Shown here one piece after another: positions 24,910-36,429 of a DNA stretch of 64,000 nt. The translations under genes and the position numbers were made by a program. The stretch is from an uncultured virus (IMG/VR IMGVR_UViG_3300027749_000064) (Duplodnaviria; Heunggongvirae; Uroviricota; Caudoviricetes): IMG/VR virus record IMGVR_UViG_3300027749_000064; one strand, 5' to 3'. Positions within the stretch are counted from its first letter, which is position 1. Each line of letters opens with the position of its first letter. The notes beneath the pieces were generated by a model. The model was given only the letters and a program-made list of their open reading frames with translations, ran no database searches and was not told the DNA's origin.

Positions 24910-27900
24910 ATGGCAAGAAAGATTATATTAGAAACAGGTTATACGTTTAGCCCATCTTTAAAGACGGTGGTAATTCCAAGAATTGTTGATCAAGAACGTT
25001 TAGTACTTATAACTAATACCACTAAAAATAAAGTCATTTATAATTTTTCTGATGCATCGCTCCTTGCAACAACATATACAACATATGGAGAAAATTATCT
25101 AACAGCGGGTATTATTTCAGCCACAGCTTCTGGTTCTGCAATAACATTTACCGCAAACAACTCTTTTACAGTTGGACAAAATGTAACAATTACTGGTGTA
25201 ACACCAGCATCATTTAATATTTCAGGAACTATTACAGCAACAACTTCAACTACATTTACTGTTTCATCAACAGTTGTTGGAACATATGTTTCAGGTGGTC
25301 AAGCAGCAATTTCTGAAAATACTGTTTTAGTTTTTAACTATAATACATCTGCAATGGCAGCAACAGATAAGTTGCAAATTACAATTGATGAATATGCAGA
25401 AAAATTTGAGCCATCACAAGAATTAACAGACCCAGTTGGAAAACTAAGAACTTCTTCTGCACAAGCTCTTATTGATACTGACTTTGAATATGGCCCACAA
25501 ACTTCTAAATGGGAAAATTTAGGTTTAATTAATCAAAAGCCTTTTTCTTATGCATTTAACTTTAACGCTCTTTTAATTTCAGATATTCAATCAGGCGCAG
25601 CTGGAACCAAAACAATTACGGTAACGCTTACCACATCTACAGCAACAGCTTCAAATGCAATTGGTAACGGAACAACAGCTGTTTACACAACATCTTCTGC
25701 ACACGGATTTTCAGTGGGACAACTTGTTACAGTCGGCTCTGGTTTTACTGGAGGTTCTTATGCAACAACTTCAGGATTTCCAAGTCCAATTCTAGCAATT
25801 CCATCACCAACATCGTTTATTATTGCAAATGCAACTGCAGCAAATACGCCAACTACGGCAGGAACTGCAACAGTAACGGCGGGAGTAGCTCCAGCAATTG
25901 GTTCTCCAATTTCAATTATTGATACTCTTACACCAACAGCAACTGGAAACTATACAGTTGAAACTCGTGCAAATGAAACAACATTTACATATACAGCAAA
26001 AGGCTCAACACCTACAGGTTGGGCATCACAAACAATTTTTGATACAAATAAAACACTTATAGCTCTAGGCAACCTTTATTCTGGATCAGCAATTACAGCT
26101 TCTTCAATTACAAACTCTTCAAACTTAGTAACAGTTACAACTAATTATCCTCACGGATTGCATATTGGAAATGAAATTTCACTTATTGGGTCAACAGCAA
26201 CAACAAATGCACCTAATGGCAACTGGACGGTAGCTGGCGTAACATCTCCAACAGTATTTACATTTTATGCAACAAGCGCACCAACAGGAACAATAGCAGT
26301 CAGCCAAACAGCAACAACAGCATCAGGATCTTCATCTTCTAATATTATTACAGTTGCTTCAGCAACAAATATTGTTGTTGGAATGATTGTTGCAGCAGCA
26401 GGTATTCCAACAGGAACAATTGTTACGGGTGTACAAGGAACTGTTATAACATTATCACAAAACTTAACAGCTGCATTGTCTACAACATCAACAACATTTT
26501 ATACATCAATTTATGTTCGTTCTCAAGCACAGGTAAAGCATCGTGCATTTGATGGTGGAGTTTTGTTTTCAAGTAATGGAACTTCAAATAACGTATCACA
26601 AGTTCGTCAAACACGTCGTTACTTTAGATATCAATCAGGTAAAGGCATTCAAATTTCTTCAGGAACAATTCTTAAGCCAACTTATGGAATTGACTCTTTA
26701 ACTTATTCAAGCCCATATGTTTCAGTTCAAACAAAAGAAGCACACGGATTGCAACCAGGTTATCAAGTTACAATTTATGGCGCAAATGAAAATGGATATA
26801 ATGGAGCATTTGCGGTAGCTTCAGTTACTGGTGTTACTACATTTACATACATTCCATTGACAGCACCAGCTACAGCAATTGCATCAGGATCTTATTATGC
26901 ATCAGTTTCAGGTTGGAATGGTGCTTCAAATAGACTAGGAATGTTTGATCAGCAAAATGGTGTATTTTTTGAGTTTGATGGCACTACTTTAAATGCGGTA
27001 CGTCGTTCATCTATTTATCAAACAGCAGGTAAAGTTTCTATAACTCAAGGACAGAATACTGTATCACAAACAAGCACAAATTATCCAACATCATTTAATA
27101 AGCAGTTAGTTCCAGGAGACTATATTGTTCTTCGTGGACAATCTTATAAGATTACAGATATTGCTTCTGATACATCTCTTACAATTCAACCAGCATATCG
27201 TGGAGCATCAGCTACAAACGTAATTGTGTCTAAAACAATTGATACCAAGATTCCACAATCACAATGGAATATTGACAAGTGCGATGGAACTGGTCCTTCA
27301 GGATACAATATTGATCTTACAAAGATGCAAATGTTTTATATTGATTACTCTTGGTATGGAGCGGGTGCAGTAAGATGGGGATTTAGAGGTCCAAAGGGAC
27401 AGATTATTTACGTACATAAGCAAGCAAATAATAATCAAAATGCTACAGCATACATGCGTTCTGGTAACTTGGCGGGTCGTTATGAATCTACAACTCTTCC
27501 ATCAACCACACAAACAACAGCAACTTTTGCAACAACTGATACAACAATCAGCGTTGCAGGCACAGGCGGACTTTATGTTCCATCTTCAATCACACAAACA
27601 CTAACAGGTGGATCATCTGGAACAAATACAGTAACAGTAGGCTCTACAGCGGGCATAACAGTTGGAATGTTTGCTTCAGGAACAGGAATTGCTGCTGGAG
27701 CACTAGTTACAGCAATTAATACATCAACATCAACAATTACACTTTCAATTAATAACACAGGAACAGTTTCGGGAACTGGAACATTCCAAACATATCCAGG
27801 AACAGCAGTAATTAGAAATGGATCAAACTGGGAGTATATTAACTACACAGGAATAACATCCAATACTCTAACTGGTATTACTCGTGGACAAGCAGGAGCA

Positions 27901-29082
27901 ACAGCAGTTGCAACTACACTTGCAGTTGGATCTAATATAGCAACTGTAACTTCTACAGCAGGATTACAAGTGGGCATGAGAGCAATCAGCCCAGCACTTC
28001 CAGATGGAACAAAGATTGAGTATATTGCAGGAACAACGACATTGGTTTTGTCAGCATCTCCAACAACTGCTAATCCAACTATTTGGTTCCCAGCTATGGG
28101 CACCACGTCTGGAACACCAGGCTCTACTTCGGGCACAACAGTAACAACAGGAGCAAATGCATTTGCATATTCAGCAACTGCACCAACAGTTGTAGAACAA
28201 GCATTTCCAACATTTGGACCTTCAATATCACACTGGGGAACATCTGTTATTATGGATGGTCGTTTTGATGATGATAAATCACTTCTCTTTACTTATGGTC
28301 AAACAGCAGCCACAACTTTGGGTGGAACTACTCCAGCAACATATGTTTATGCATCAGGTGGAGCATCAGGTCAAGCAACTGTAGTTGTAACAGTAACTGC
28401 AGGAACTGTTATTCCAATAGGCTCTCTAATTTCAGGAACAGGTGTTTCAACAGGAACTATTATTACAAACGTAGTTCAAACAACCACAACTACATATACG
28501 CTAACTCTATCTGCAAACTTAACAACACAAGCTGCAAATAATTATGTAGTTTCAGGTGCAACATCTAAAGCATTGCTATCAATCCGCATTGCACCTTCTG
28601 TAGATAATGGTTTTGCAGCAGCATTTGGTGCTCGTGAACTTCTTAATAAGATGCAATTACAAACAAAGGCACTAGATATTTCATTGCTTGGTTCTACAAA
28701 TGGTAACGTGCTTGTACAGGCTTATCTAAATGGATCAGTATATAATCAAATTGCAACAACAAATACAGCATGGACAAATGCTGTAAGAAACTCTGTAAAT
28801 ACTCCAAACTCTTCTCTTGCTCAGATTGCTGATTATTCAGGATCATCTTATTTGATTCAGGGCGGTGAAGTTACAGGTGGATTCTTTGCTAACTCAACAG
28901 GAACAATTGACTTCTCTCAGGTTCGTGATTTAGGAAATGCAGTTCTTGGTGGAGGTTCTGGATACTCAAATACACAGGTTTACCCAGATGGTCCAGATAC
29001 ACTTACTATTGTTGTAACAAATGTAGGTACAACTCCTCAGTCAGTTCTAGGTCGTATTTCTTGGACTGAAGCACAAGCTTAA
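24910..29082 (+). CDS. Large Thr-rich virion fibre/structural protein
   Basis: 1390 aa; repeated HG(L/F)xxG.V.I.G modules; RQTRRYFRYQSGK, IDYSWYGAG core. Confidence 0.75.
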   Translation: MARKIILETGYTFSPSLKTVVIPRIVDQERLVLITNTTKNKVIYNFSDASLLATTYTTYGENYLTAGIISATASGSAITFTANNSFTVGQNVTITGVTPASFNISGTITATTSTTFTVSSTVVGTYVSGGQAAISENTVLVFNYNTSAMAATDKLQITIDEYAEKFEPSQELTDPVGKLRTSSAQALIDTDFEYGPQTSKWENLGLINQKPFSYAFNFNALLISDIQSGAAGTKTITVTLTTSTATASNAIGNGTTAVYTTSSAHGFSVGQLVTVGSGFTGGSYATTSGFPSPILAIPSPTSFIIANATAANTPTTAGTATVTAGVAPAIGSPISIIDTLTPTATGNYTVETRANETTFTYTAKGSTPTGWASQTIFDTNKTLIALGNLYSGSAITASSITNSSNLVTVTTNYPHGLHIGNEISLIGSTATTNAPNGNWTVAGVTSPTVFTFYATSAPTGTIAVSQTATTASGSSSSNIITVASATNIVVGMIVAAAGIPTGTIVTGVQGTVITLSQNLTAALSTTSTTFYTSIYVRSQAQVKHRAFDGGVLFSSNGTSNNVSQVRQTRRYFRYQSGKGIQISSGTILKPTYGIDSLTYSSPYVSVQTKEAHGLQPGYQVTIYGANENGYNGAFAVASVTGVTTFTYIPLTAPATAIASGSYYASVSGWNGASNRLGMFDQQNGVFFEFDGTTLNAVRRSSIYQTAGKVSITQGQNTVSQTSTNYPTSFNKQLVPGDYIVLRGQSYKITDIASDTSLTIQPAYRGASATNVIVSKTIDTKIPQSQWNIDKCDGTGPSGYNIDLTKMQMFYIDYSWYGAGAVRWGFRGPKGQIIYVHKQANNNQNATAYMRSGNLAGRYESTTLPSTTQTTATFATTDTTISVAGTGGLYVPSSITQTLTGGSSGTNTVTVGSTAGITVGMFASGTGIAAGALVTAINTSTSTITLSINNTGTVSGTGTFQTYPGTAVIRNGSNWEYINYTGITSNTLTGITRGQAGATAVATTLAVGSNIATVTSTAGLQVGMRAISPALPDGTKIEYIAGTTTLVLSASPTTANPTIWFPAMGTTSGTPGSTSGTTVTTGANAFAYSATAPTVVEQAFPTFGPSISHWGTSVIMDGRFDDDKSLLFTYGQTAATTLGGTTPATYVYASGGASGQATVVVTVTAGTVIPIGSLISGTGVSTGTIITNVVQTTTTTYTLTLSANLTTQAANNYVVSGATSKALLSIRIAPSVDNGFAAAFGARELLNKMQLQTKALDISLLGSTNGNVLVQAYLNGSVYNQIATTNTAWTNAVRNSVNTPNSSLAQIADYSGSSYLIQGGEVTGGFFANSTGTIDFSQVRDLGNAVLGGGSGYSNTQVYPDGPDTLTIVVTNVGTTPQSVLGRISWTEAQA

Positions 29083-29099
29083 TAAAGGGGGAATAGTAA

Positions 29100-29714
29100 A
29101 TGGCTTTAAACAAGCTACAACATCAATATACTGAACCCTTTAAAGTATCTGCATTAAATGTTGACAGTAATTTAAACGTTGGCGGAATTGTAAATGCTTC
29201 TAATTTTACAATAAATGGTAAACCATTAAGTGTTGATCTATCTGGAGTAATTAATAATAGTCTTACAACCACTACTGGAGATTTAATTTATGCTTCTTCA
29301 GCTAATACCCCCGCTCGTTTAGGAATTGGTTCTACAAATCAAGTTCTTACAGTAGTAGGTGGCGTACCAGCATGGGCCGCAGCAACTGGAGGCGGGGCAA
29401 CAACCACTACATTTACTTTATCTTCAAATACAATTACAACTGTAGAAACTGTAGCATTATCTACATTTACCACAATTGAATATACATTATCAATTAAACA
29501 AGGAACAAAAATAAGAAGTTCTAAGATATATGTACAAACTGATGGATCAAGCAATGTTGATTATGTAGAATATGCAGTAATGTCAACTGGAGGAACAATG
29601 ACGGGAATTTCAATAGTTTCCGCCCTATCTAGCACAAATATGATTTTACAAGCAACAATAACAGATGCTGCTTCAACAAATGCTACAATTAAATATCAAA
29701 AAGTGACAATATAA
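29100..29714 (+). CDS. Putative fibre protein
   Basis: TTTGDLIYAS..TPARLGIG...QVL. Confidence 0.65.
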   Translation: MALNKLQHQYTEPFKVSALNVDSNLNVGGIVNASNFTINGKPLSVDLSGVINNSLTTTTGDLIYASSANTPARLGIGSTNQVLTVVGGVPAWAAATGGGATTTTFTLSSNTITTVETVALSTFTTIEYTLSIKQGTKIRSSKIYVQTDGSSNVDYVEYAVMSTGGTMTGISIVSALSSTNMILQATITDAASTNATIKYQKVTI

Positions 29715-29715
29715 A

Positions 29716-31938
29716 ATGGCAATTCAACCATTTGAAATTACAGGCAATTTAACAGTAGATGGAAATTATAAAAACCCTGTTGTAACTAATCCATTATTTG
29801 TTGCAGTATCAAACTCAACAACAGCCGTATCATCAACAGATAGCATAACCTGGACGTTACGTACTATGCCATCATCTGCAAATTGGAGTTCAATAACCTA
29901 TGGCAATGGAGTATTTGTTGCAATAGCAGGATCTCCATCAACCTCAGCAGCCTCATCAATTGATGGAATAACATGGTCTTTAAGAACTATGCCGTCATCT
30001 GCAAATTGGATAGCAGTAACTTATGGCAATGGAGTATTTGCTGCAGTAACATTTAGTTCATCATCAGCAGCCTCATCAACTGATGGCATTACTTGGTCTT
30101 TAAGAACTTTGCCAGTAGCTGCAGGTTGGCAATCAGTAACTTATGGCAATGGAGTATTTTTTGTAGTAGTATATGCCTCTACAACAGCAGCTTCATCAAC
30201 TGATGGTATAACTTGGGCCTTACGTACTTTGCCATCATCTGCAGCATGGTATTCAGTAACTTACGGCAATGGAGTATTTGCTGCAGTAGCAAATAGCTCA
30301 AACTCAGCCGCCTCATCAACCAATGGCGTAACTTGGACATTACGCACTTTGCCAGTATCTGCAACCTGGTATTCAGTAACTTATGGCAACGGAGTATTTG
30401 CTGCAGTAACAAACAGCTCAACAGCAGCAGCTTCATCAACTGATGGCATAACTTGGTCCTTACGTACTTTGCCATCATCTCCAGCATGGTATTCAGTAAC
30501 TTACGGCAATGGAGTATTTGCTGCAGTAGCAAATAGCTCAACAGCAGCAGCTTCATCAACCAATGGTATTACTTGGGCCTTACGTACTTTGCCATCAACT
30601 GCAACTTGGCAATCAGTAACCTATGGCATTTCAACTCAAATTAATTTAGTTCCTGCATCTACTTTAATCCCAAATAATCAAAATGTAACTTCTAACATTC
30701 AAACACAATTAAATGCATTAGCACCTTTAAATAACCCAACATTAACATCTGCAAGTTTAATATCAAGTAATTTACAAAGTAATGTATTTGCTGCAGTAGC
30801 ACAATCCTCAACCTCAGCAGCTTCATCAACCGATGGTATAACATGGACTCTAAGAACTATGCCATCATCTACAACTTGGATAGCAGTAACTTATGGCAAT
30901 GGAGTATTTGCTGCAGTAGCATATAGCTCAACAGCAGCAGCTTCATCAACCGATGGTATTACTTGGGCCTTACGCACTTTGCCAGCATCTGCAATTTGGG
31001 TTTCAATATCTTATGGCAATGGAGTATTTGCTGCAGTAGCACAAAGCTCAACCTCAGCCGCCTCATCAACCAATGGCGTAACTTGGACATTACGCACTTT
31101 GCCATCATCTGCAACTTGGCAATCATTAGCTTATGGCAATGGAGTATTTGTTGCAGTAGCACTTAGCACAACAGCAGCAGCTTCATCAACCGATGGTATT
31201 ACTTGGGCCTTACGTACTCTGCCATCATCTACAGGTGCAGTAACTTATGGCAATGGAGTATTTGCTGCAGTATCAAATGGCACATCATCAGCAGCCTCAT
31301 CAACTGATGGTATAACCTGGACGTTACGTACTATGCCATCAGCTACAGCATGGTTTTCAGTAACTTACGGCAACGGAGTATTTGCTGCAGTAGCAAATAG
31401 CTCAACAACAGCAGCCTCATCAACCAATGGCATAACATGGACTCTAAGAACTTTGCCAGTATCTGCAAATTGGTATTCAGTAACTTATGGCAATGGAGTA
31501 TTTGCTGCAGTTGTACAAGGTTCAACTTCGGCAGCCTCATCAACTGATGGAATAACATGGTCTTTAAGAACTATGCCAGTATCTGTATTTTGGCAATCAG
31601 TAACTTCAGCACCAACCCAATTTTCAATAAATTCACAATCAATTCAAGGGCAATATGTAGGCCCAATTACAACTCCAACATATACTGTAGGGCCATATGA
31701 TAAATATATAACTATTAATACAACAGCAACGCATACTATAACCCTTCCCGCCCCAGGTTTATATCCAAATAGAGAAATAACAATAAAACAAATTGCTGCG
31801 TTTACTGTTGTTTCCGCATCTTCTAACGTAATTCCGCTTACATCAAATACGGCGGGAACTGCAATACTTTCTGGATTAGGTAAATTTGCAACATTAATAT
31901 CTGACGGTTATAACTGGATAATAAGGGAATCTAATTAA
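29716..31938 (+). CDS. Asp-box/BNR-like repeat fibre protein 1 (2 x 7 repeats)
   Basis: 14 ~40-aa S(S/T)DGITW..RTLP...W..VTYGNGVF repeats. Confidence 0.85.
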   Translation: MAIQPFEITGNLTVDGNYKNPVVTNPLFVAVSNSTTAVSSTDSITWTLRTMPSSANWSSITYGNGVFVAIAGSPSTSAASSIDGITWSLRTMPSSANWIAVTYGNGVFAAVTFSSSSAASSTDGITWSLRTLPVAAGWQSVTYGNGVFFVVVYASTTAASSTDGITWALRTLPSSAAWYSVTYGNGVFAAVANSSNSAASSTNGVTWTLRTLPVSATWYSVTYGNGVFAAVTNSSTAAASSTDGITWSLRTLPSSPAWYSVTYGNGVFAAVANSSTAAASSTNGITWALRTLPSTATWQSVTYGISTQINLVPASTLIPNNQNVTSNIQTQLNALAPLNNPTLTSASLISSNLQSNVFAAVAQSSTSAASSTDGITWTLRTMPSSTTWIAVTYGNGVFAAVAYSSTAAASSTDGITWALRTLPASAIWVSISYGNGVFAAVAQSSTSAASSTNGVTWTLRTLPSSATWQSLAYGNGVFVAVALSTTAAASSTDGITWALRTLPSSTGAVTYGNGVFAAVSNGTSSAASSTDGITWTLRTMPSATAWFSVTYGNGVFAAVANSSTTAASSTNGITWTLRTLPVSANWYSVTYGNGVFAAVVQGSTSAASSTDGITWSLRTMPVSVFWQSVTSAPTQFSINSQSIQGQYVGPITTPTYTVGPYDKYITINTTATHTITLPAPGLYPNREITIKQIAAFTVVSASSNVIPLTSNTAGTAILSGLGKFATLISDGYNWIIRESN

Positions 31939-34163
31939 TGGCTAATTTATCATTTGAAATTACAGGAGATATACAAGCAGATGCAAATTATAGATATCCT
32001 AGTCTACCCACTCCATTATTTGTTTCAGTAGCAAACGGCTCAACATCAGCAGCCTCATCAACCGACGGCATAACATGGTCTTTGCAAACTTTGCCATCAT
32101 CTGCATTTTGGGAATCATTAGCTTATGGCAATGGAGTATTTGTTTCAGCAGCAAATAACTCAACCACAGCAGCCTCATCAACTGATGGCATTACATGGTC
32201 TTTAAGAACTTTGCCAGTATCTGCAAACTGGTTTTCATCAGCTTATGGCAATGGAGTATTTGCTGCAATAGCATATGGCACAACAGCAGCCGCCTCATCA
32301 ACTAATGGTATTACATGGACTTTACGTACTATGCCATCATCTGCATTTTGGGAATCATTAGCTTATGGCAATGGAGTATTTGTTTCAGCAGCAAATAACT
32401 CAACCACAGCAGCCTCATCAACTGATGGCATTACATGGTCTTTAAGAACTTTGCCAGTATCTGCAAATTGGCTTACAACAACTTATGGTAATGGAGTATT
32501 TATTGCAGCAGCAAACAGCTCAACATCAGCAGCCTCATCAACCGATGGTATTACATGGTCCTTACGTACTTTGCCAACATTGGCATATTGGTATTCAATA
32601 ACTTATGGCAATGGAGTATTTGTTGCAGCAGCAAACAGCACAACCACAGCAGCCTCATCAACTGATGGCATTACTTGGTCTTTAAGAACTTTGCCAGTAG
32701 CTGCAGCTTGGTCTTCAACAGCTTATGGCAATGGATTATTTATTGCAGTAGCACAAAGCTCAACATCAGCTTCATCAACCAATGGTATTACTTGGAATCT
32801 ACGCACTTTGCCATCAGATACAGGTTGGTATTCAGTAACTTATGGCACTCAACCTCCATTAATTGTCCCCGCATCTACTTTAATCCCAAATAATCAAAAT
32901 GTTACATCAAATATTCAAACACAAATAAATCAATTAGCACCTTTAAATAACTCAACATTAACATCTGCAAGTTTAATATCAAGTAATTTACAAAGTAATG
33001 TATTTGCTGCAGTAGCATATAGCTCAACATCAGCAGCAACATCAACTGATGGTATAACTTGGACTTTACGTACTTTGCCATCATCTGCAAACTGGCAAGC
33101 AATAACTTATGGCAATGGAGTATTTGCTGCAGTAGCAACAACATCATCAACTACAGCAACCTCATCAACTGATGGTATAACTTGGACTTTAAGAACTTTG
33201 TCATCATCTGCATATTGGCAATCATTAGCTTATGGCAATGGAGTATTTGTTGCAATATCAAACTCAACAACAGCCGTATCATCAACAGATGGCATAACTT
33301 GGACTACAAGAACTTTTCCATCATCTGCAAACTGGCAAGCAATAACTTATGGCAATGGAGTATTTGCTGCAGTAGCAAATGGCATAACAACAGCAGCCTC
33401 ATCAACTGATGGTATTACTTGGTCTTTAAGAACTTTGCCAGTAGCTGGAAACTGGTATTTAATAACTTACGGCAATGGAGTATTTGCTGCAGTAGTAAGT
33501 AGCTCAACCACAGCAGCCTCATCAACTGATGGAATAACATGGGCTTTAAGAACTTTACCAGTATCTACACTTTGGTATTCAATAACTTATGGCAATGGAG
33601 TATTTGCTGCAGTAGCAGGTAGCACAACCACAGCAGCCTCATCAACCGATGGCATAACATGGTCTTTAAGAACTATGCCAGCATCTGCAACTTGGGGTTC
33701 AATAACTTACGGTAATGGAGTATTTGTTGCAGCAGGATATAACTCAACCACAGCAGCCTCATCAACCAATGGAATAACTTGGTCTTTAAGAACTTTGCCA
33801 TCATCTGCAGCATGGCAATCAGTAACTTCAGCACCAACCCAATCTTCAATAAATTCACAATCAATTCAAGGGCAAACAATTCAATATGTATCAACCAATA
33901 CATATGTTGTAGGATTATATGATAAAAGTATAACATTTAATGGAACCGCAACATGTACAGTAACTTTACCAATTGCAGGACAATATCCAGGAAGAGAAAT
34001 ACATTTAAAAACAATTGCTGCATTTACTGTGATTTCTGCTTCTTCTAACGTATTCCCGCTCGCAACAAATACGGCGGGAACTGCAATATTATCAGCAACA
34101 GCAGGAAAATATGCTAAATTAGTATCAGATGGATATTTCTGGGTTATAATGGAGGCTAACTAA
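31938..34163 (+). CDS. Asp-box/BNR-like repeat fibre protein 2 (2 x 7 repeats)
   Basis: Paralog of protein 1. Confidence 0.85.
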   Translation: MANLSFEITGDIQADANYRYPSLPTPLFVSVANGSTSAASSTDGITWSLQTLPSSAFWESLAYGNGVFVSAANNSTTAASSTDGITWSLRTLPVSANWFSSAYGNGVFAAIAYGTTAAASSTNGITWTLRTMPSSAFWESLAYGNGVFVSAANNSTTAASSTDGITWSLRTLPVSANWLTTTYGNGVFIAAANSSTSAASSTDGITWSLRTLPTLAYWYSITYGNGVFVAAANSTTTAASSTDGITWSLRTLPVAAAWSSTAYGNGLFIAVAQSSTSASSTNGITWNLRTLPSDTGWYSVTYGTQPPLIVPASTLIPNNQNVTSNIQTQINQLAPLNNSTLTSASLISSNLQSNVFAAVAYSSTSAATSTDGITWTLRTLPSSANWQAITYGNGVFAAVATTSSTTATSSTDGITWTLRTLSSSAYWQSLAYGNGVFVAISNSTTAVSSTDGITWTTRTFPSSANWQAITYGNGVFAAVANGITTAASSTDGITWSLRTLPVAGNWYLITYGNGVFAAVVSSSTTAASSTDGITWALRTLPVSTLWYSITYGNGVFAAVAGSTTTAASSTDGITWSLRTMPASATWGSITYGNGVFVAAGYNSTTAASSTNGITWSLRTLPSSAAWQSVTSAPTQSSINSQSIQGQTIQYVSTNTYVVGLYDKSITFNGTATCTVTLPIAGQYPGREIHLKTIAAFTVISASSNVFPLATNTAGTAILSATAGKYAKLVSDGYFWVIMEAN

Positions 34164-34164
34164 T

Positions 34165-36393
34165 ATGGCTAATTTACCTTTTGAAATTACATCAGATATA
34201 GCAGTAGATGGAAGTTATATTGATCCTACAGGAACTGTTTTAGTTCCCGCATCTACATTAATTACAAATAATCAAAATGTAACTTCAAATATTCAAACAC
34301 AAATAAATGGATTAGCAACTACAAATAACTCAACATTAACATCTCCAAGTTTAATATCAAGTAATTTACAAAGTAATGTATTTGTTGCAGTAGCACAAAG
34401 CTCAACAACAGCAGCCTCATCAACCGATGGTATTACATGGACGCTACGTACTTTGCCAGTATTTGCAAGTTGGTATTCAGTAACCTACGGCAATGGAGTA
34501 TTTGCTGCAACAACAATTACCTCAACCTCAGCAGCTTCATCAACTGATGGCATAACTTGGTCCTTAAGAACTTTGCCAGTATCTGCAGCTTGGTATTCAG
34601 TAACCTATGGCAATGGATTATTTGCTGCAATATCAGGTAACTCATCAGCAGCTTCATCAACTGATGGCATAACTTGGTCCTTAAGAACTTTGCCAGCAGC
34701 TTTAGGTTGGAATTCAGTAACTTATGGCAATGGAGTATTTGCTGTAGTTGTAATAGATTCAATTTCGGCAGCCTCATCAACTGATGGCATAACATGGACG
34801 CTACGCACTTTGCCAGCATCTGCAATTTGGACTTCAATAACTTATGGCAACGGAGTATTTGCTGCAGTAGCACAAAGCTCAACATCAGCAGCTTCATCAA
34901 CTGATGGCATAACATGGACGCTACGCACTTTGCCATCATCTGCAAGTTGGTTTTCAGTAATTTATGGCAATGGAGTATTTGCTGCAGTAGCATATAGCTC
35001 AACCTCAGCAGCCTCATCAACTGATGGCATAACATGGACGCTACGCACTTTGCCAGCATTTGCAACTTGGCAATCAGTATCTTATAGTAATGGAGTATTT
35101 GTTGCAATAGCACAAAGCTCAACAACAGCAGCCTCATCAACCGATGGCATTACATGGTCTTTAAGAACTTTGCCAGCAAATGCATTTTGGAATTCAGTAA
35201 CTTCAGCACCAATTCAATCTTCAATAAATTCTCAATCAATTCAAGGGCAAGTTATTAATTCAATTACAACTCCATCTTATACCGTAGGACCTTATGATAA
35301 ATATATTATTTATAATAGTTCAAACCTTAGTTCTACTGGAATATTTGCTGCAGTATCACAAGTCTCATCAACAACAGCAGCTTCATCAACTGATGGCATA
35401 ACATGGACTTTAAGAACTTTGCCAACAGCTGCAGGTTGGTATGCAATATCTGCAGGAAATGGAGTATTTATTGCATTAGGATCTAGTACAACCACAGCAG
35501 CCTCATCCTTCAACGGCACAACTTGGACTTTAAGAACTTTGCCAGTATCTACAAACTGGAAAAATTCAATTTATGGTAATGGATTATTTGTTGCGCCATC
35601 ATTTGGTAACTCAACAACAGCAGTTTCATCAACTGATGGTATAACTTGGTCACTACGCACTATGCCAGCAGCACTAAACTGGTCTTCAATAACTTATGGT
35701 AATGGAGTATTTGCTGCAGTATCAAGCAACAACATCACAACAGCAGCCTCATCAACCGATGGCATAACATGGACTTTAACAACTTTACCAGTATCTGGCC
35801 TCTGGAGCTTAGCAACTTATGGTAATGGATTATTTGTTGCAGTAGCACAAAGCTCAACAACAGCAGCCTCATCAACTGATGGCATAACTTGGGCCTTACG
35901 TACTCTGCCAACAAATGCAATTTGGACATCAGCAGCTTATGGCAATGGAGTATTTGTTGTAGGAGGTGGAGCAAGTGGAACAACATCAACAGATGGAGTT
36001 ACTTGGACTTTAAGAACTTTGGGTTTTATTTCACAGTCATTATCTTATGCCAATGGAATATTTGTTGGAATAGAATATAACTCAACAACAGCAGCCTCAT
36101 CAACCAATGGCATAACATGGACTTTAAGAACTTTGCCAACATTGGCATATTGGACTGGAGTATCTTACGGCAACGGAATACTTGATGCAACAATAACTCT
36201 TCCAAATGCTGGTATATACCCAGGTCGGGAAATTACAATAAAATCTTTAGGCAATGGCAGTATAAATTCAAATTCTTCTAACGTAATTCCGCTTACATCA
36301 AATACGGCGGGAACTGCAATACTTTCTGGTGCAGGTAAGTTTGCCAGATTAGTTAGTGATGGATACAATTGGGTAATTGTCAGATCAAATTAA
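34165..36393 (+). CDS. Asp-box/BNR-like repeat fibre protein 3 (2 x 7 repeats)
   Basis: Paralog with repeat blocks at different scaffold positions. Confidence 0.85.
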   Translation: MANLPFEITSDIAVDGSYIDPTGTVLVPASTLITNNQNVTSNIQTQINGLATTNNSTLTSPSLISSNLQSNVFVAVAQSSTTAASSTDGITWTLRTLPVFASWYSVTYGNGVFAATTITSTSAASSTDGITWSLRTLPVSAAWYSVTYGNGLFAAISGNSSAASSTDGITWSLRTLPAALGWNSVTYGNGVFAVVVIDSISAASSTDGITWTLRTLPASAIWTSITYGNGVFAAVAQSSTSAASSTDGITWTLRTLPSSASWFSVIYGNGVFAAVAYSSTSAASSTDGITWTLRTLPAFATWQSVSYSNGVFVAIAQSSTTAASSTDGITWSLRTLPANAFWNSVTSAPIQSSINSQSIQGQVINSITTPSYTVGPYDKYIIYNSSNLSSTGIFAAVSQVSSTTAASSTDGITWTLRTLPTAAGWYAISAGNGVFIALGSSTTTAASSFNGTTWTLRTLPVSTNWKNSIYGNGLFVAPSFGNSTTAVSSTDGITWSLRTMPAALNWSSITYGNGVFAAVSSNNITTAASSTDGITWTLTTLPVSGLWSLATYGNGLFVAVAQSSTTAASSTDGITWALRTLPTNAIWTSAAYGNGVFVVGGGASGTTSTDGVTWTLRTLGFISQSLSYANGIFVGIEYNSTTAASSTNGITWTLRTLPTLAYWTGVSYGNGILDATITLPNAGIYPGREITIKSLGNGSINSNSSNVIPLTSNTAGTAILSGAGKFARLVSDGYNWVIVRSN

Positions 36394-36429
36394 ATATGCT
36401 ACAATATACTAAACAACAAGGAGAAATAA

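Noticed and set aside
29716..36393. Diversity-generating retroelement; antisense Leu/Gln-rich ORFs
   Set aside because: No reverse transcriptase or template repeat in the window and differences are not adenine-restricted; antisense ORFs are shadows of the repeats
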